From Alphaproteobacteria bacterium (GTDB lineage Bacteria > Pseudomonadota > Alphaproteobacteria > DSM-16000 > Inquilinaceae): a stretch of 32,799 nucleotides of DNA. The stretch spans positions 1 to 32,799 of the forward strand of contig JAJUFW010000001.1 in assembly GCA_029263555.1 (NCBI GenBank), written 5' to 3'. Position 1 is the first letter of the stretch. Each line of letters starts with the position of its first letter. Below, piece after piece: positions 1-7,308 of the stretch. The notes beneath the pieces were generated by a model, which was not told the origin of the DNA, made no database searches, and saw nothing but the letters and a program-made list of their open reading frames with translations. Both the position numbers and the translations under genes were made by a program.

Positions 1-95
1 ACGTGCTCGCGGCGTTCGTGGTCGCCTGCCAGGTGCTCCGGAACTTCGCAACCCTCCTGATCGCACCGTTCGTCTATCGGGCGCTGCCCAAATGA
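1..95 (+). CDS. 3' end of an unidentified gene (hydrophobic C-terminal fragment VLAAFVVACQVLRNFATLLIAPFVYRALPK*), cut by the window edge
   Basis: Frame 3 is open from the window edge to TGA at 93-95. Third codon positions are almost all G/C, as in the confident genes. The fragment is too short to assign a family. Confidence 0.3.
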   Translation, partial: VLAAFVVACQVLRNFATLLIAPFVYRALPK

Positions 96-99
96 GGCG

Positions 100-828
100 T
101 CACGCCACGTCGGCGCCGAGCCGGCCGGAAATGTCGCGGCTGGCCTTGAGCATGATCTCGATGAAGCGGTCGAGCTGCGGGTCGAACCGGAAGCTGGGGC
201 CCGTGAGGGTCAGGCAGTAGTGGACCTCGCCGTTGTGGTTGCGCAGCGGCACGGAAATCGCCTCCACGCCTTCCAGGCGCTCGCCGCGGGTATGGGCATA
301 GCCCTGGCGCCGAACCGCCTCGAGCTTTTCGCTCAGTTCCTTGCGGTCGATCGGCTCGTCGCTGGCGGCGATCACCTCGGCAAGAAGCTTCGGCTCGTTA
401 TAGGCGAGGAGTAGCTTGCCCGTCGCGCCGGCGGTGAGCGGCACGGTCTCGCCCGGGCTGATGATGCTTTTCAGCGGATGCGGGCTTTCCAGCACATCGA
501 CGCAGACGCGCTGGATGCCGCTGAGAACGCTGAGGTCCACCGTCTCTCCGGTGGCGGCGACCGTCTCGAGCATCACCGGGCGGGCGACGTCGCGGATGCT
601 GAAGGTGCGCTGCGCGACCGCCGCAAGCCGCATCAGGCGGTGTGACAGACAATAGTCCTGGTTCGAGAGCTGCACGACATAGCCGGCGTCGACGAGCGTG
701 GACAGCAGCCGGAAGGCGGTCGGCTTCGGCAGGCCCGCCCGTGCGGCGATCTCCTGAAGCGGCAGGGAAGGCCGCTTCTCGTCGAAGCATTCCATCAGTG
801 CGAGCACGCGGTGGACTACACGCGTCAT
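100..828 (-). CDS. IclR-family transcriptional regulator (paralog 1), 242 aa
   Basis: ORF 100-921. It has an N-terminal wHTH (LQEIAARAGLPKPTAFRLLSTLVDAGYV) and a C-terminal IclR effector domain. I moved the start to ATG 826-828 (MTRVVHRVLALME...). That start matches the N-terminus of the paralog at 3817-4566 and has AAGGAG 6 nt upstream. Confidence 0.85.
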   Translation of the reverse strand: MTRVVHRVLALMECFDEKRPSLPLQEIAARAGLPKPTAFRLLSTLVDAGYVVQLSNQDYCLSHRLMRLAAVAQRTFSIRDVARPVMLETVAATGETVDLSVLSGIQRVCVDVLESPHPLKSIISPGETVPLTAGATGKLLLAYNEPKLLAEVIAASDEPIDRKELSEKLEAVRRQGYAHTRGERLEGVEAISVPLRNHNGEVHYCLTLTGPSFRFDPQLDRFIEIMLKASRDISGRLGADVA

Positions 829-1093
829 CCTCATCTCCTTGTCGGCGAAACGACCGCCCGACCCGATTCCAGCGGCAATTGCGCTGGGCAGAAGACGGAC
901 CGCCCAGCGCTTGGCATACAAGATGCCGGAAAAAAATGGAATCGGCTCCTCGCCGGGTCCCCGCGTCGGTCCGGGTCATCCGCCGCATGCGCGGTCGAGC
1001 CGGCCGGCACCCGGCGGCGAGGCTTCCGTTGCTGCGAAAGCGCGCCCACCGGACCGCCGGGCGGGGCCCGCATGGAGGCCGCGTCCCGCCGCT

Positions 1094-2116
1094 TCAGGCA
1101 GTCGCGTAACGATGAACGCCGTCCGCGCCAGTTTCGCGGGTCAGGCGTCCGGTCACGACCGCGTGGTTCAGATGCGCGACGGTTTCGGAAATGGCGAGCC
1201 GTTCGTGGGCGCCGCCCATCGCGCGGGGGAACAGCACGCGGGCGACGTCGTATCCCGTCCGTGGGCGGGAGATTTCGGCTTCGATGGCGGCAAGGCGCCG
1301 TTCATGATGCAGGCGGGTTTCCGCGGCACGAGAGGCCGGCCCCTCAAAGGGCATGCCGTGGCCCGGCAGGACCAGCGTGCCGTCGTCGATCGCGGCGAAC
1401 CGGTCGAGGGCGGCAAAATAGCTGCCGAGCGGATCGGCGAACGGGTCCGACGGATCGACGCCGATGAAGGGCGTGATGCGCGGCAGGAGCTGATCCCCCG
1501 TCACCAGGATTCCGTCCGCCATGCAATGGAGCACGACATGTTCCGGCGAATGCCCGCCGCCGGTCATGACCCGCCACGGCCTTCCCGCAAGCCGGATCTC
1601 CTCGCCTTCGCCCAGCAGGATGCAGTCTTCCGGCAGGTCGGTCATGTTGCGGGTGCCGGTGGCGCGCGTCTCGATATAGCCGCGCGCATCGGCCTCCGTG
1701 CAGCCAAGGCTGCGGTAATAGGCAAGAACGCCGTCATGCCCGGCGGTCGATTCCTGCCGCCTGCGAAGGGCCGCCTGCCACTCGGCGCCGCTCGTCCACA
1801 CCGCTACGCCCAGGCGGCGGGCGAGCGGGCCCGCCAGCCCGATATGGTCATGATGGGCATGGCTCACGATGATCCGGGCGAAACGCTCCCCGCCGAGCGG
1901 GCCGGCAAGAAGGGCGTCCCAGGCCGCCCGTCCGGCGGGCGTGTCCGACCCGCAGTCGAGCACGGTCCAGCCGTCATCGTCCTCGAACAGCCAGGCATTG
2001 ACGGTCCGGAGCATTCCCGGGATCGGGATCTGCGTCCAGTGAATGCCGGGCGCGACGGCGACCAATTCCCCGGGCCCCGGGGCGGTGGCGCAAGGTCCAC
2101 CGGCCCCGGCGCTCAT
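1094..2116 (-). CDS. MBL-fold metallo-hydrolase, 340 aa
   Basis: Contains the HxHxDH motif (VSHAHHDHIGLAG) plus downstream His/Asp ligand regions (GGGHSPEH, LPGHG). Its ATG overlaps the upstream gene's stop as ATGA at 2113-2116. Confidence 0.85.
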   Translation of the reverse strand: MSAGAGGPCATAPGPGELVAVAPGIHWTQIPIPGMLRTVNAWLFEDDDGWTVLDCGSDTPAGRAAWDALLAGPLGGERFARIIVSHAHHDHIGLAGPLARRLGVAVWTSGAEWQAALRRRQESTAGHDGVLAYYRSLGCTEADARGYIETRATGTRNMTDLPEDCILLGEGEEIRLAGRPWRVMTGGGHSPEHVVLHCMADGILVTGDQLLPRITPFIGVDPSDPFADPLGSYFAALDRFAAIDDGTLVLPGHGMPFEGPASRAAETRLHHERRLAAIEAEISRPRTGYDVARVLFPRAMGGAHERLAISETVAHLNHAVVTGRLTRETGADGVHRYATA

Positions 2117-2577
2117 TTTCCCGCGTCTCCGTCGGGCGCCTGGCCCGCATGCGCCCAGGCGGCGGGAACGGACCGCGGTACCGCGCGGGGCACGCCAATA
2201 TTGTCGGCCATCACCTCGAAGGTGATGTCGACCTCATGGCCGACGAGATCGGTCTCGACATAGATCTTGTCCGGATCGATCACGTCGAGGAACAGCCGCG
2301 GTCCTTCCTCGAGCTGGACCATCACGACGCTGTACGGCACCTCTTCGCGCCAGTCGGCGGAGTAGCCGCGATGGAAGACCAGGTGGGACAGGACCTTGCC
2401 GTGGCGGCTCACCGGCACCCATTCGGCATCGGGCGAGAGGCAGCATGTGCAGACCGGGCCGATCGGGAAGCGGATGTGGCCGCAGGCGAGGCACCGCTGC
2501 ATCCGCAGCTCGCCATTCGCTCCGGCCTGCCAGAAGGGCTGTGATAGGGGCGTCGGAACCGGGGTGGGCTTTGTCAT
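2113..2577 (-). CDS. DUF35-type Zn-ribbon/OB-fold protein (thiolase-associated small subunit), 154 aa
   Basis: This is the C-terminal part of ORF 2113-2973. Start is ATG 2575-2577 (MTKPTPV...). A four-Cys rubredoxin-like ribbon (CLACGHIRFPIGPVCTCC) is followed by an OB-like segment. ATGA overlaps occur at both ends (2574-2577 and 2113-2116). Confidence 0.8.
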   Translation of the reverse strand: MTKPTPVPTPLSQPFWQAGANGELRMQRCLACGHIRFPIGPVCTCCLSPDAEWVPVSRHGKVLSHLVFHRGYSADWREEVPYSVVMVQLEEGPRLFLDVIDPDKIYVETDLVGHEVDITFEVMADNIGVPRAVPRSVPAAWAHAGQAPDGDAGK

Positions 2578-3722
2578 CGCTGGTCCTTCCGGAGGATCAT
2601 GGCGTTCGAGCAGTTGAGGATCATGCCGCGGCCGGTGACGAGGCAGTGTTCGACATTCGGAACCTGGCGCGGGCCGCACTCGCCCCGTACCTGGCGAACG
2701 CCCTCGACGATGTGCAGCCAGCCTTCCATGTAGCTTTCCGACAGGTTGCCGCCGGCAGTATTGACGGGCAGCTCGCCGCCCAGGCGGATGCGCCCGTTCT
2801 CGACGAAGGCGCCGCTTTCGCCCGGCTTGCAGAAGCCGGCATGCTCCAGCCACAGCAACACCGAGATGGTGAAATTGTCGTAGAGCTGAGCGACCTGGAT
2901 GTCCTTCGGGGTACAGCCGGCCATCCTGAAGGCGTCGGCAAGGGCGCGCTTCTGGTGCGGCACGTACCACCAATCCTCCTGCTCGAGATTCATGGTCGTG
3001 TGCGCCTGTCCGAAACCGGCGATGAGCACCGGCGGCTTGCGCAGGTCGCGTGCGCGTTCCGCAGACGTGACGATCACGCAGACCGCGCCGTCCGATATCA
3101 GGCAGCAGTCGAGCAGGTGCAGCGGCCGCACGATCCAGGGCGAATTCTGATGGTCCTCGATCGTGATCGGCTCGCGCATCACCGCATGCGGGTTGAGCGA
3201 GGCGTGATACCGGCAGGCAACCGCGACTTCGGCCAGCTGGCGGCTGGTCGTCCCGTAGAGGTGCATGTGCCGGTCGGCGGCGATGCCGCTGTTCGCGGCG
3301 GCGCTCATCATGCCCCAGGTGCCCCAGCTGGTCTCGCCGCCGCTCGCCCGGTCGAACCGGCTGCCCCCGGTCTTCGCCGTATCACCGAAGACGCAGGCGA
3401 CCGTGTTGGCGAGCCCGGCTGCGACGGCGAGGATGGCCATCTGGACGAGACAGCCGGCGGTTGCCCCGCCCATGGTCATGCTGCCCGTGTATCGGGGGTT
3501 GATGCCGACGGCCTCGCCGAAGCGCAGGTAATGAAGGCTCCCCTCGGGCGAGGTGGTACCGGGCATGGTGAGGATGCCGTCGACGTCGTCCTTCTTCAGG
3601 CCGGCGTCGTCGAGAGCCGCACGGAATGCCTCGATGCCGAGATCAAGCGGCGTGCGCCCGGGCAGCTTCCCTTGCGGCGTGGCGCCGACGCCGGCAATCG
3701 CGATTTTATCGGAAAGTGTCAA
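2574..3722 (-). CDS. Thiolase-like protein of the SCP2/Ltp (non-canonical thiolase) type, 382 aa
   Basis: ORF 2574-3800. N-terminus (KIAIAGVGATPQGKLPGRTPLDLGIEAFRAALDDAGL) and C-terminus (NTAGGNLSESYMEGWLHIVEGVRQVRGE) are typical of DUF35-partnered thiolase-like proteins. Start set at TTG 3720-3722, with AAGAGGA 6 nt upstream. The ATG at 3800 would add a Pro/Arg-rich tail with no homolog-like sequence. Confidence 0.8.
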   Translation of the reverse strand: MTLSDKIAIAGVGATPQGKLPGRTPLDLGIEAFRAALDDAGLKKDDVDGILTMPGTTSPEGSLHYLRFGEAVGINPRYTGSMTMGGATAGCLVQMAILAVAAGLANTVACVFGDTAKTGGSRFDRASGGETSWGTWGMMSAAANSGIAADRHMHLYGTTSRQLAEVAVACRYHASLNPHAVMREPITIEDHQNSPWIVRPLHLLDCCLISDGAVCVIVTSAERARDLRKPPVLIAGFGQAHTTMNLEQEDWWYVPHQKRALADAFRMAGCTPKDIQVAQLYDNFTISVLLWLEHAGFCKPGESGAFVENGRIRLGGELPVNTAGGNLSESYMEGWLHIVEGVRQVRGECGPRQVPNVEHCLVTGRGMILNCSNAMILRKDQR

Positions 3723-3816
3723 GATCGGTCCTCTTGCTGGTGAAGGCTGACGAAAGGGCGACGGGATCCCCGGGCGGCGCTGCTGCCGCCAGGGGCACAT
3801 GTCCTGGGCTGGCGGC

Positions 3817-4566
3817 TCAGGCGCCGCATGCGACCCCTCGGGCCTGCGGCGCGCCGAGCTGTTCGGAGATGCGGTTGCCGGCGCTGCGCATCACCTCGAC
3901 GAAATGCTCATGCTTGCCTGCGAAGCGGAATGCCGGGCCGGTCAGCGTCAGGCAGTAGCGCACCGCACCCAGGTGATCGCGCAACGGCACCGCGATCGCC
4001 TCCACGCCCTCGACACGCTCGCCCGCGGAATGGGCGAAGCCCTGCCGACGGATGGCGGCAAGATCGGCCATTAGCGCTTCGCGGTCGCGCATCAGCTTGC
4101 CCTGGGCGATCACCTGGTCGAGCAATTGCCGCTCGTTGTAGGCGAGCAGCAGCTTGCCGGTGGCACCCGCGCCGAGCTGGACGGTTTCGCCGGGGCTGAT
4201 GATGCTCTTCAGGGGCTGCGGACTTTCCAGCACATCGACGCACACCCGGTTGATTCCGCTCAGAACGCTGAGATCCACCGTCTCTCCGGTGGCTTCGACC
4301 GTCTCCAGCATGACTGGCCGGGCGACGTCCCGGATGCTGAAGGTCCGCTGGGCGATCGAGGCCAGCCGCATCACCTTGTGAGAGAGGCAATAGTTCTGGT
4401 TCTCGACCTGAATCACGTAGCCGGCGTCGACCAGGGCGGAGAGCAGACGGAACGCGCTGGTCTTCGGCAGCCCGGCGCGCGACGCGATCTCGTGCAGCGG
4501 CGCTGACGGCCGCTGCTCGTCAAATGACTCCATCAGCGCCAGAACGCGCTCGACGACCCGTGTCAT
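3817..4566 (-). CDS. IclR-family transcriptional regulator (paralog 2), 249 aa
   Basis: MTRVVERVLALMESFDEQRPSAPLHEIASRAGLPKTSAFRLLSALVDAGYV, followed by an IclR effector domain. By eye it is about 70% identical to the protein at 100-828. Confidence 0.9.
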   Translation of the reverse strand: MTRVVERVLALMESFDEQRPSAPLHEIASRAGLPKTSAFRLLSALVDAGYVIQVENQNYCLSHKVMRLASIAQRTFSIRDVARPVMLETVEATGETVDLSVLSGINRVCVDVLESPQPLKSIISPGETVQLGAGATGKLLLAYNERQLLDQVIAQGKLMRDREALMADLAAIRRQGFAHSAGERVEGVEAIAVPLRDHLGAVRYCLTLTGPAFRFAGKHEHFVEVMRSAGNRISEQLGAPQARGVACGA

Positions 4567-4597
4567 GGCAACTCCATTCGGCTTGGGGAGCGACGTT

Positions 4598-4651
4598 AAA
4601 CGAAACGCAGTTCATAGTCCACTGTACAAAACGCGTTTCGTTTTCTACGAT
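4598..4651 (+). promoter_or_regulatory. Promoter/operator element, copy 1
   Basis: AAACGAAACGCA (4598-4609), then ACTGTACAAAACGCGTTTC (4621-4639). It reads as TGTACA (4623-4628), a 17 nt spacer, then TACGAT (4646-4651). The perfect palindrome AAACGCGTTT (4629-4638) lies in the spacer. GAAACGC (4602-4608) and GCGTTTC (4633-4639) form a distal inverted repeat. The same architecture recurs at 6055-6107. It lies 32 nt upstream of the divergent IclR paralog 2 start. Confidence 0.6.
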
Positions 4652-4927
4652 CCCAAGCTGAAGGGGATGCCAGGCCAGCAAAAGAAGGGAACCGGGTGGT
4701 CAGCGATAAGGCACGCTCGCACCTGCCGGCACGGCCCAGGGAGCTGCTGCGGGATCGCCGGCCGACGAGGGTCGGTACCCTGCCGCGGATCGGCGGAGTC
4801 CGCGCTGTCCGCTGCGGGTCTCCTCGACAGCTTTCCAAAAGCAGCCCCGGCATGTCTCTTGTAGGGCCTCACGGCCCATTCCCCGCGAACGCCGACCCCC
4901 ATGACCTTTGCCCGTGGATCTGGAGAA

Positions 4928-5911
4928 ATGCGCCTCGCAATCCTTGACGATTACCAGAACGTCGCGCTCGGCCTCGCCGATTGGTCGAGACTCGAGGGGC
5001 GCTGCTCGGTGACCGTGTTCCGCCGGCCGTTCCGGGACGTCGAGGATGCGGCCGAGGCGCTGCAGCCGTTCGACATCCTGTGCTCGATGCGCGAGCGGAC
5101 GGCGTTCCCCCGCGAACTGCTCGAGCGGCTGCCCAATCTGAAGCTGATCACCATCACCGGCGGGCAGCATCGCACCCTCGACATCGAGGCCGCCACGCAA
5201 CTGGGCATCGCGGTGTCGGGAACGACCCGGCGGGGCACCGGGCATCATGCGACGCCGGAGCTGGCCTGGGGACTCATCCTCTCGCTCGCCCGGCACATCC
5301 CGCTCGAGGCGACCAAGATGCGGTCCGGCGGATGGCAGGAAACGCTCGGCACGGTGCTGTCCGGCAAGACGCTGGGCCTCCTGGGCCTGGGGCGCCTCGG
5401 CTCGCGCATGGTGCCGATCGGCCGGGCGTTCGGTATGGAGGTGATCGCCTGGAGCCCGAATCTCACGGATGCGCGGGCCGAAGAGCTGGGCGCGACACGC
5501 GTGGAGCGCAACGAGCTGTTCGCCCGCAGCGACGTTCTGAGCCTCCATGTCGTGCTGAGCGAGCGCAGCCGCGGCATGGTGGGGCGGCAGGAACTCGCCC
5601 TGATGAAGCCGGGCGCCTTCCTGATCAATACCGCGCGTGGGCCCATCGTCGACGAGGAGGCGCTGATCGAGGCCCTTGCCGAGGGGCGAATCGCCGCCGG
5701 GCTCGACGTCTTCGCGATTGAGCCTCTGCCCGACGACCACCCGTTGCGCCGTCTGCCGAACGTGGTCCTGACACCTCATCTCGGCTACACGGTGAAGGAG
5801 CTGTTCCAGGTGTTCTACGAGGACACGGTCGAGAACGTGGAAGCCTTCCTGGACGGAAACCCGATCCGGCTGGTCGACCCGGCCGTTATTCCCCGCTTGG
5901 CGCGAAGCTGA
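4928..5911 (+). CDS. D-isomer-specific 2-hydroxyacid dehydrogenase family, NAD-binding, 327 aa
   Basis: ORF 4901-5911. Contains the GxGxxG motif (GLLGLGRLG), NTARGPIVDEEAL, and DVF..EPLP...LTPHLGY (catalytic His region). Start is probably ATG 4928 (MRLAILDDYQ, GGAG just upstream). ATG 4901 cannot be excluded. Confidence 0.8.
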   Translation: MRLAILDDYQNVALGLADWSRLEGRCSVTVFRRPFRDVEDAAEALQPFDILCSMRERTAFPRELLERLPNLKLITITGGQHRTLDIEAATQLGIAVSGTTRRGTGHHATPELAWGLILSLARHIPLEATKMRSGGWQETLGTVLSGKTLGLLGLGRLGSRMVPIGRAFGMEVIAWSPNLTDARAEELGATRVERNELFARSDVLSLHVVLSERSRGMVGRQELALMKPGAFLINTARGPIVDEEALIEALAEGRIAAGLDVFAIEPLPDDHPLRRLPNVVLTPHLGYTVKELFQVFYEDTVENVEAFLDGNPIRLVDPAVIPRLARS

Positions 5912-6054
5912 GACCGTCGCGGCCGAGGAACAGGCGTTGCCCTTCCCGTTCGGACGGCCCCAATGCGCGCCGCAGTTTCCCGCCCTCGGGCGGCGGCTCT
6001 CGTTCCTCACCCCGCCATCTACCCCCGTCGCCCGCTCGTCGGCATTGGACCAAA

Positions 6055-6107
6055 AAACGAAACGCATTTCAAAACTACTGTACAAAACGCGTTTCACTTT
6101 CTAGCAT
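6055..6107 (+). promoter_or_regulatory. Promoter/operator element, copy 2, in front of the 12-gene operon
   Basis: AAACGAAACGCA (6055-6066), then ACTGTACAAAACGCGTTTC (6077-6095). It reads as TGTACA (6079-6084), a 17 nt spacer, then TAGCAT (6102-6107). The palindrome AAACGCGTTT (6085-6094) lies in the spacer. The element ends about 45 nt upstream of the first binding-protein ATG. Confidence 0.6.
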
Positions 6108-6153
6108 CGTCCCACGAAGATCGATGGAAAAATCGACTAACCAGGGGAGGAAG

Positions 6154-7194
6154 ATGATGATCACCACCGATACGCGTCCCGGTCCAGGCATTCGGGACGT
6201 TTCGCGCCGCCGCTGCATGACGAGCTGCCTTGCACTCGCCGCGGCCCTTTCCCTGGCCGGCACGCCGTCGATCGGCTTGGCGCAGGATGCGGGGACTTTC
6301 CCCGACCGGGCGGTGCGGATCATCGTGCCGCTGGCGCCCGGGGGCAGCGTCGACCTGACGGCGCGCATCGTCGCCGAGGGCATGACGGAACTCCTGGGCC
6401 AGAGCGTCATCATCGAGAATCTTCCCGGCGGCGGCGGATCGGTGGGGGCGGGTGCCGCGGCGCAGGCGGAGCCAGACGGCTACACGATGGTGATGGGCAG
6501 CTCCAGCACCTTCGGCGTCAATCCGAGCCTCATGAAGGATCTGCCCTACGATGCGGTGAATGACTTCGAGCCGGTCTCGTTCGTTTCCTACGCCCCGAAC
6601 GTGCTGGTGGTCACGGCGGACCTGCCGGTCTCGACCGTGGAAGAACTGATCGCGCTCGCGAAGGAGAAGCCGGGCGAACTGACCTTCGCCTCCTCGGGCA
6701 CGGGCGGCTCGCCCCATCTTGCCGGCGAGCTGTTCAAGCGCGAGGCCGGCATCGACATCCTGCACATTCCCTACAAGGGAAGCGGGCAGGCGATGGCGGA
6801 CCTGCTTGCCGGCCGCGTCGACATGTCGTTCGCGACCGCGATCTCGACCCGTGAGCACATCGAATCCGGAGGTCTGAAGGCGCTGGCGGTGACGACGCCC
6901 GAGCGGGTCGACACCCTGCCCGACGTCCCGACCATGGCAGAGGTCGGCCTGCCGGAGGTCCAGATCACGGCCTGGAATGGCCTGCTCGTGCCTGCGGGCA
7001 CGCCGCCGGAAATCGTCGAAAAGCTCAGCGCCGTGGTCCAGGAGGTCATGCGCATGCCCGCGATCGTGGAAAGGCTCAAGAGCGAGGGATCCACGCCCGT
7101 CGGCAGCACCGCGGCCGAGTTCAAGGATCACATCGCCCACGAGATCGCGAAATGGGCCGAGATCATCGAGGCCGCGAACATCTCGATCGAATGA
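6154..7194 (+). CDS. Bug-family (TctC-like) tripartite tricarboxylate transporter substrate-binding protein 1
   Basis: ORF 6124-7194. GGGGAGG precedes ATG 6154/6157. A twin-arginine-like signal (SRRRCMTSCLALAAALSLAGTPSIGLAQD) is followed by the Bug-type mature N-terminus (FPDRAVRIIVPLAPGGSVDLTARIVAEGM). Confidence 0.9.
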   Translation: MMITTDTRPGPGIRDVSRRRCMTSCLALAAALSLAGTPSIGLAQDAGTFPDRAVRIIVPLAPGGSVDLTARIVAEGMTELLGQSVIIENLPGGGGSVGAGAAAQAEPDGYTMVMGSSSTFGVNPSLMKDLPYDAVNDFEPVSFVSYAPNVLVVTADLPVSTVEELIALAKEKPGELTFASSGTGGSPHLAGELFKREAGIDILHIPYKGSGQAMADLLAGRVDMSFATAISTREHIESGGLKALAVTTPERVDTLPDVPTMAEVGLPEVQITAWNGLLVPAGTPPEIVEKLSAVVQEVMRMPAIVERLKSEGSTPVGSTAAEFKDHIAHEIAKWAEIIEAANISIE

Positions 7195-7308
7195 CATGAA
7201 CAAGGTCCGGCAATCCTGAAAAGAACCGGACTCTGCCCAGCGGGCGCGGGATCCGGAGCGATCTCGCGCCCGGCCATAAGCCCATAAACAATCGGGAAGG
7301 ATGAGGAA

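Noticed and set aside
881-910. A perfect 9 bp inverted repeat, GCGCTGGGC-N12-GCCCAGCGC, between the MBL gene and IclR paralog 1. I considered it as an intrinsic terminator.
   Set aside because: There is no U-tract on either strand and the loop is 12 nt. It could equally be an operator for IclR-1, or nothing. The evidence is too weak to call either way.
839-2263. A 474-aa ORF on the + strand. Several 75-220 aa ORFs (642-1109, 811-1467, 398-988) also overlap the IclR/MBL genes.
   Set aside because: It lies antisense to the well-supported MBL hydrolase gene. The translation is Arg/Pro/Gly/Ala-rich, low complexity and without recognisable domains. This is a typical shadow ORF of GC-rich DNA.
2578-2973. 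N-terminal extensions proposed by the ORF track. Affected regions are DUF35 2578-2973, thiolase-like 3723-3800, ACAD 8268-8393, PrpD-2 10303-10911, CT1 12011-12310, PrpF 16711-16947, TctB 16788-18125, TctA 18454-18573, ligase 25177-25413, IDI 28847-29689, DUF2390 29073-29153, MaoC 31450-31485 and methyltransferase 31503-31724.
   Set aside because: The extensions run through the upstream gene or through intergenic DNA. They encode Arg/Pro-rich or AT-skewed sequence unlike the family N-termini. Internal starts are supported by an RBS and/or ATGA/TGATG coupling.
4565-4947. Small ORFs in the dehydrogenase leader: 4565-4864, 4696-4947, 4596-4853 and 4645-4902. I also looked for a possible riboswitch there.
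   Set aside because: The translations are junk-like (R/P/G-rich). I could find no conserved riboswitch core, such as a B12 box. The region is kept only as a low-interest observation about leader length.
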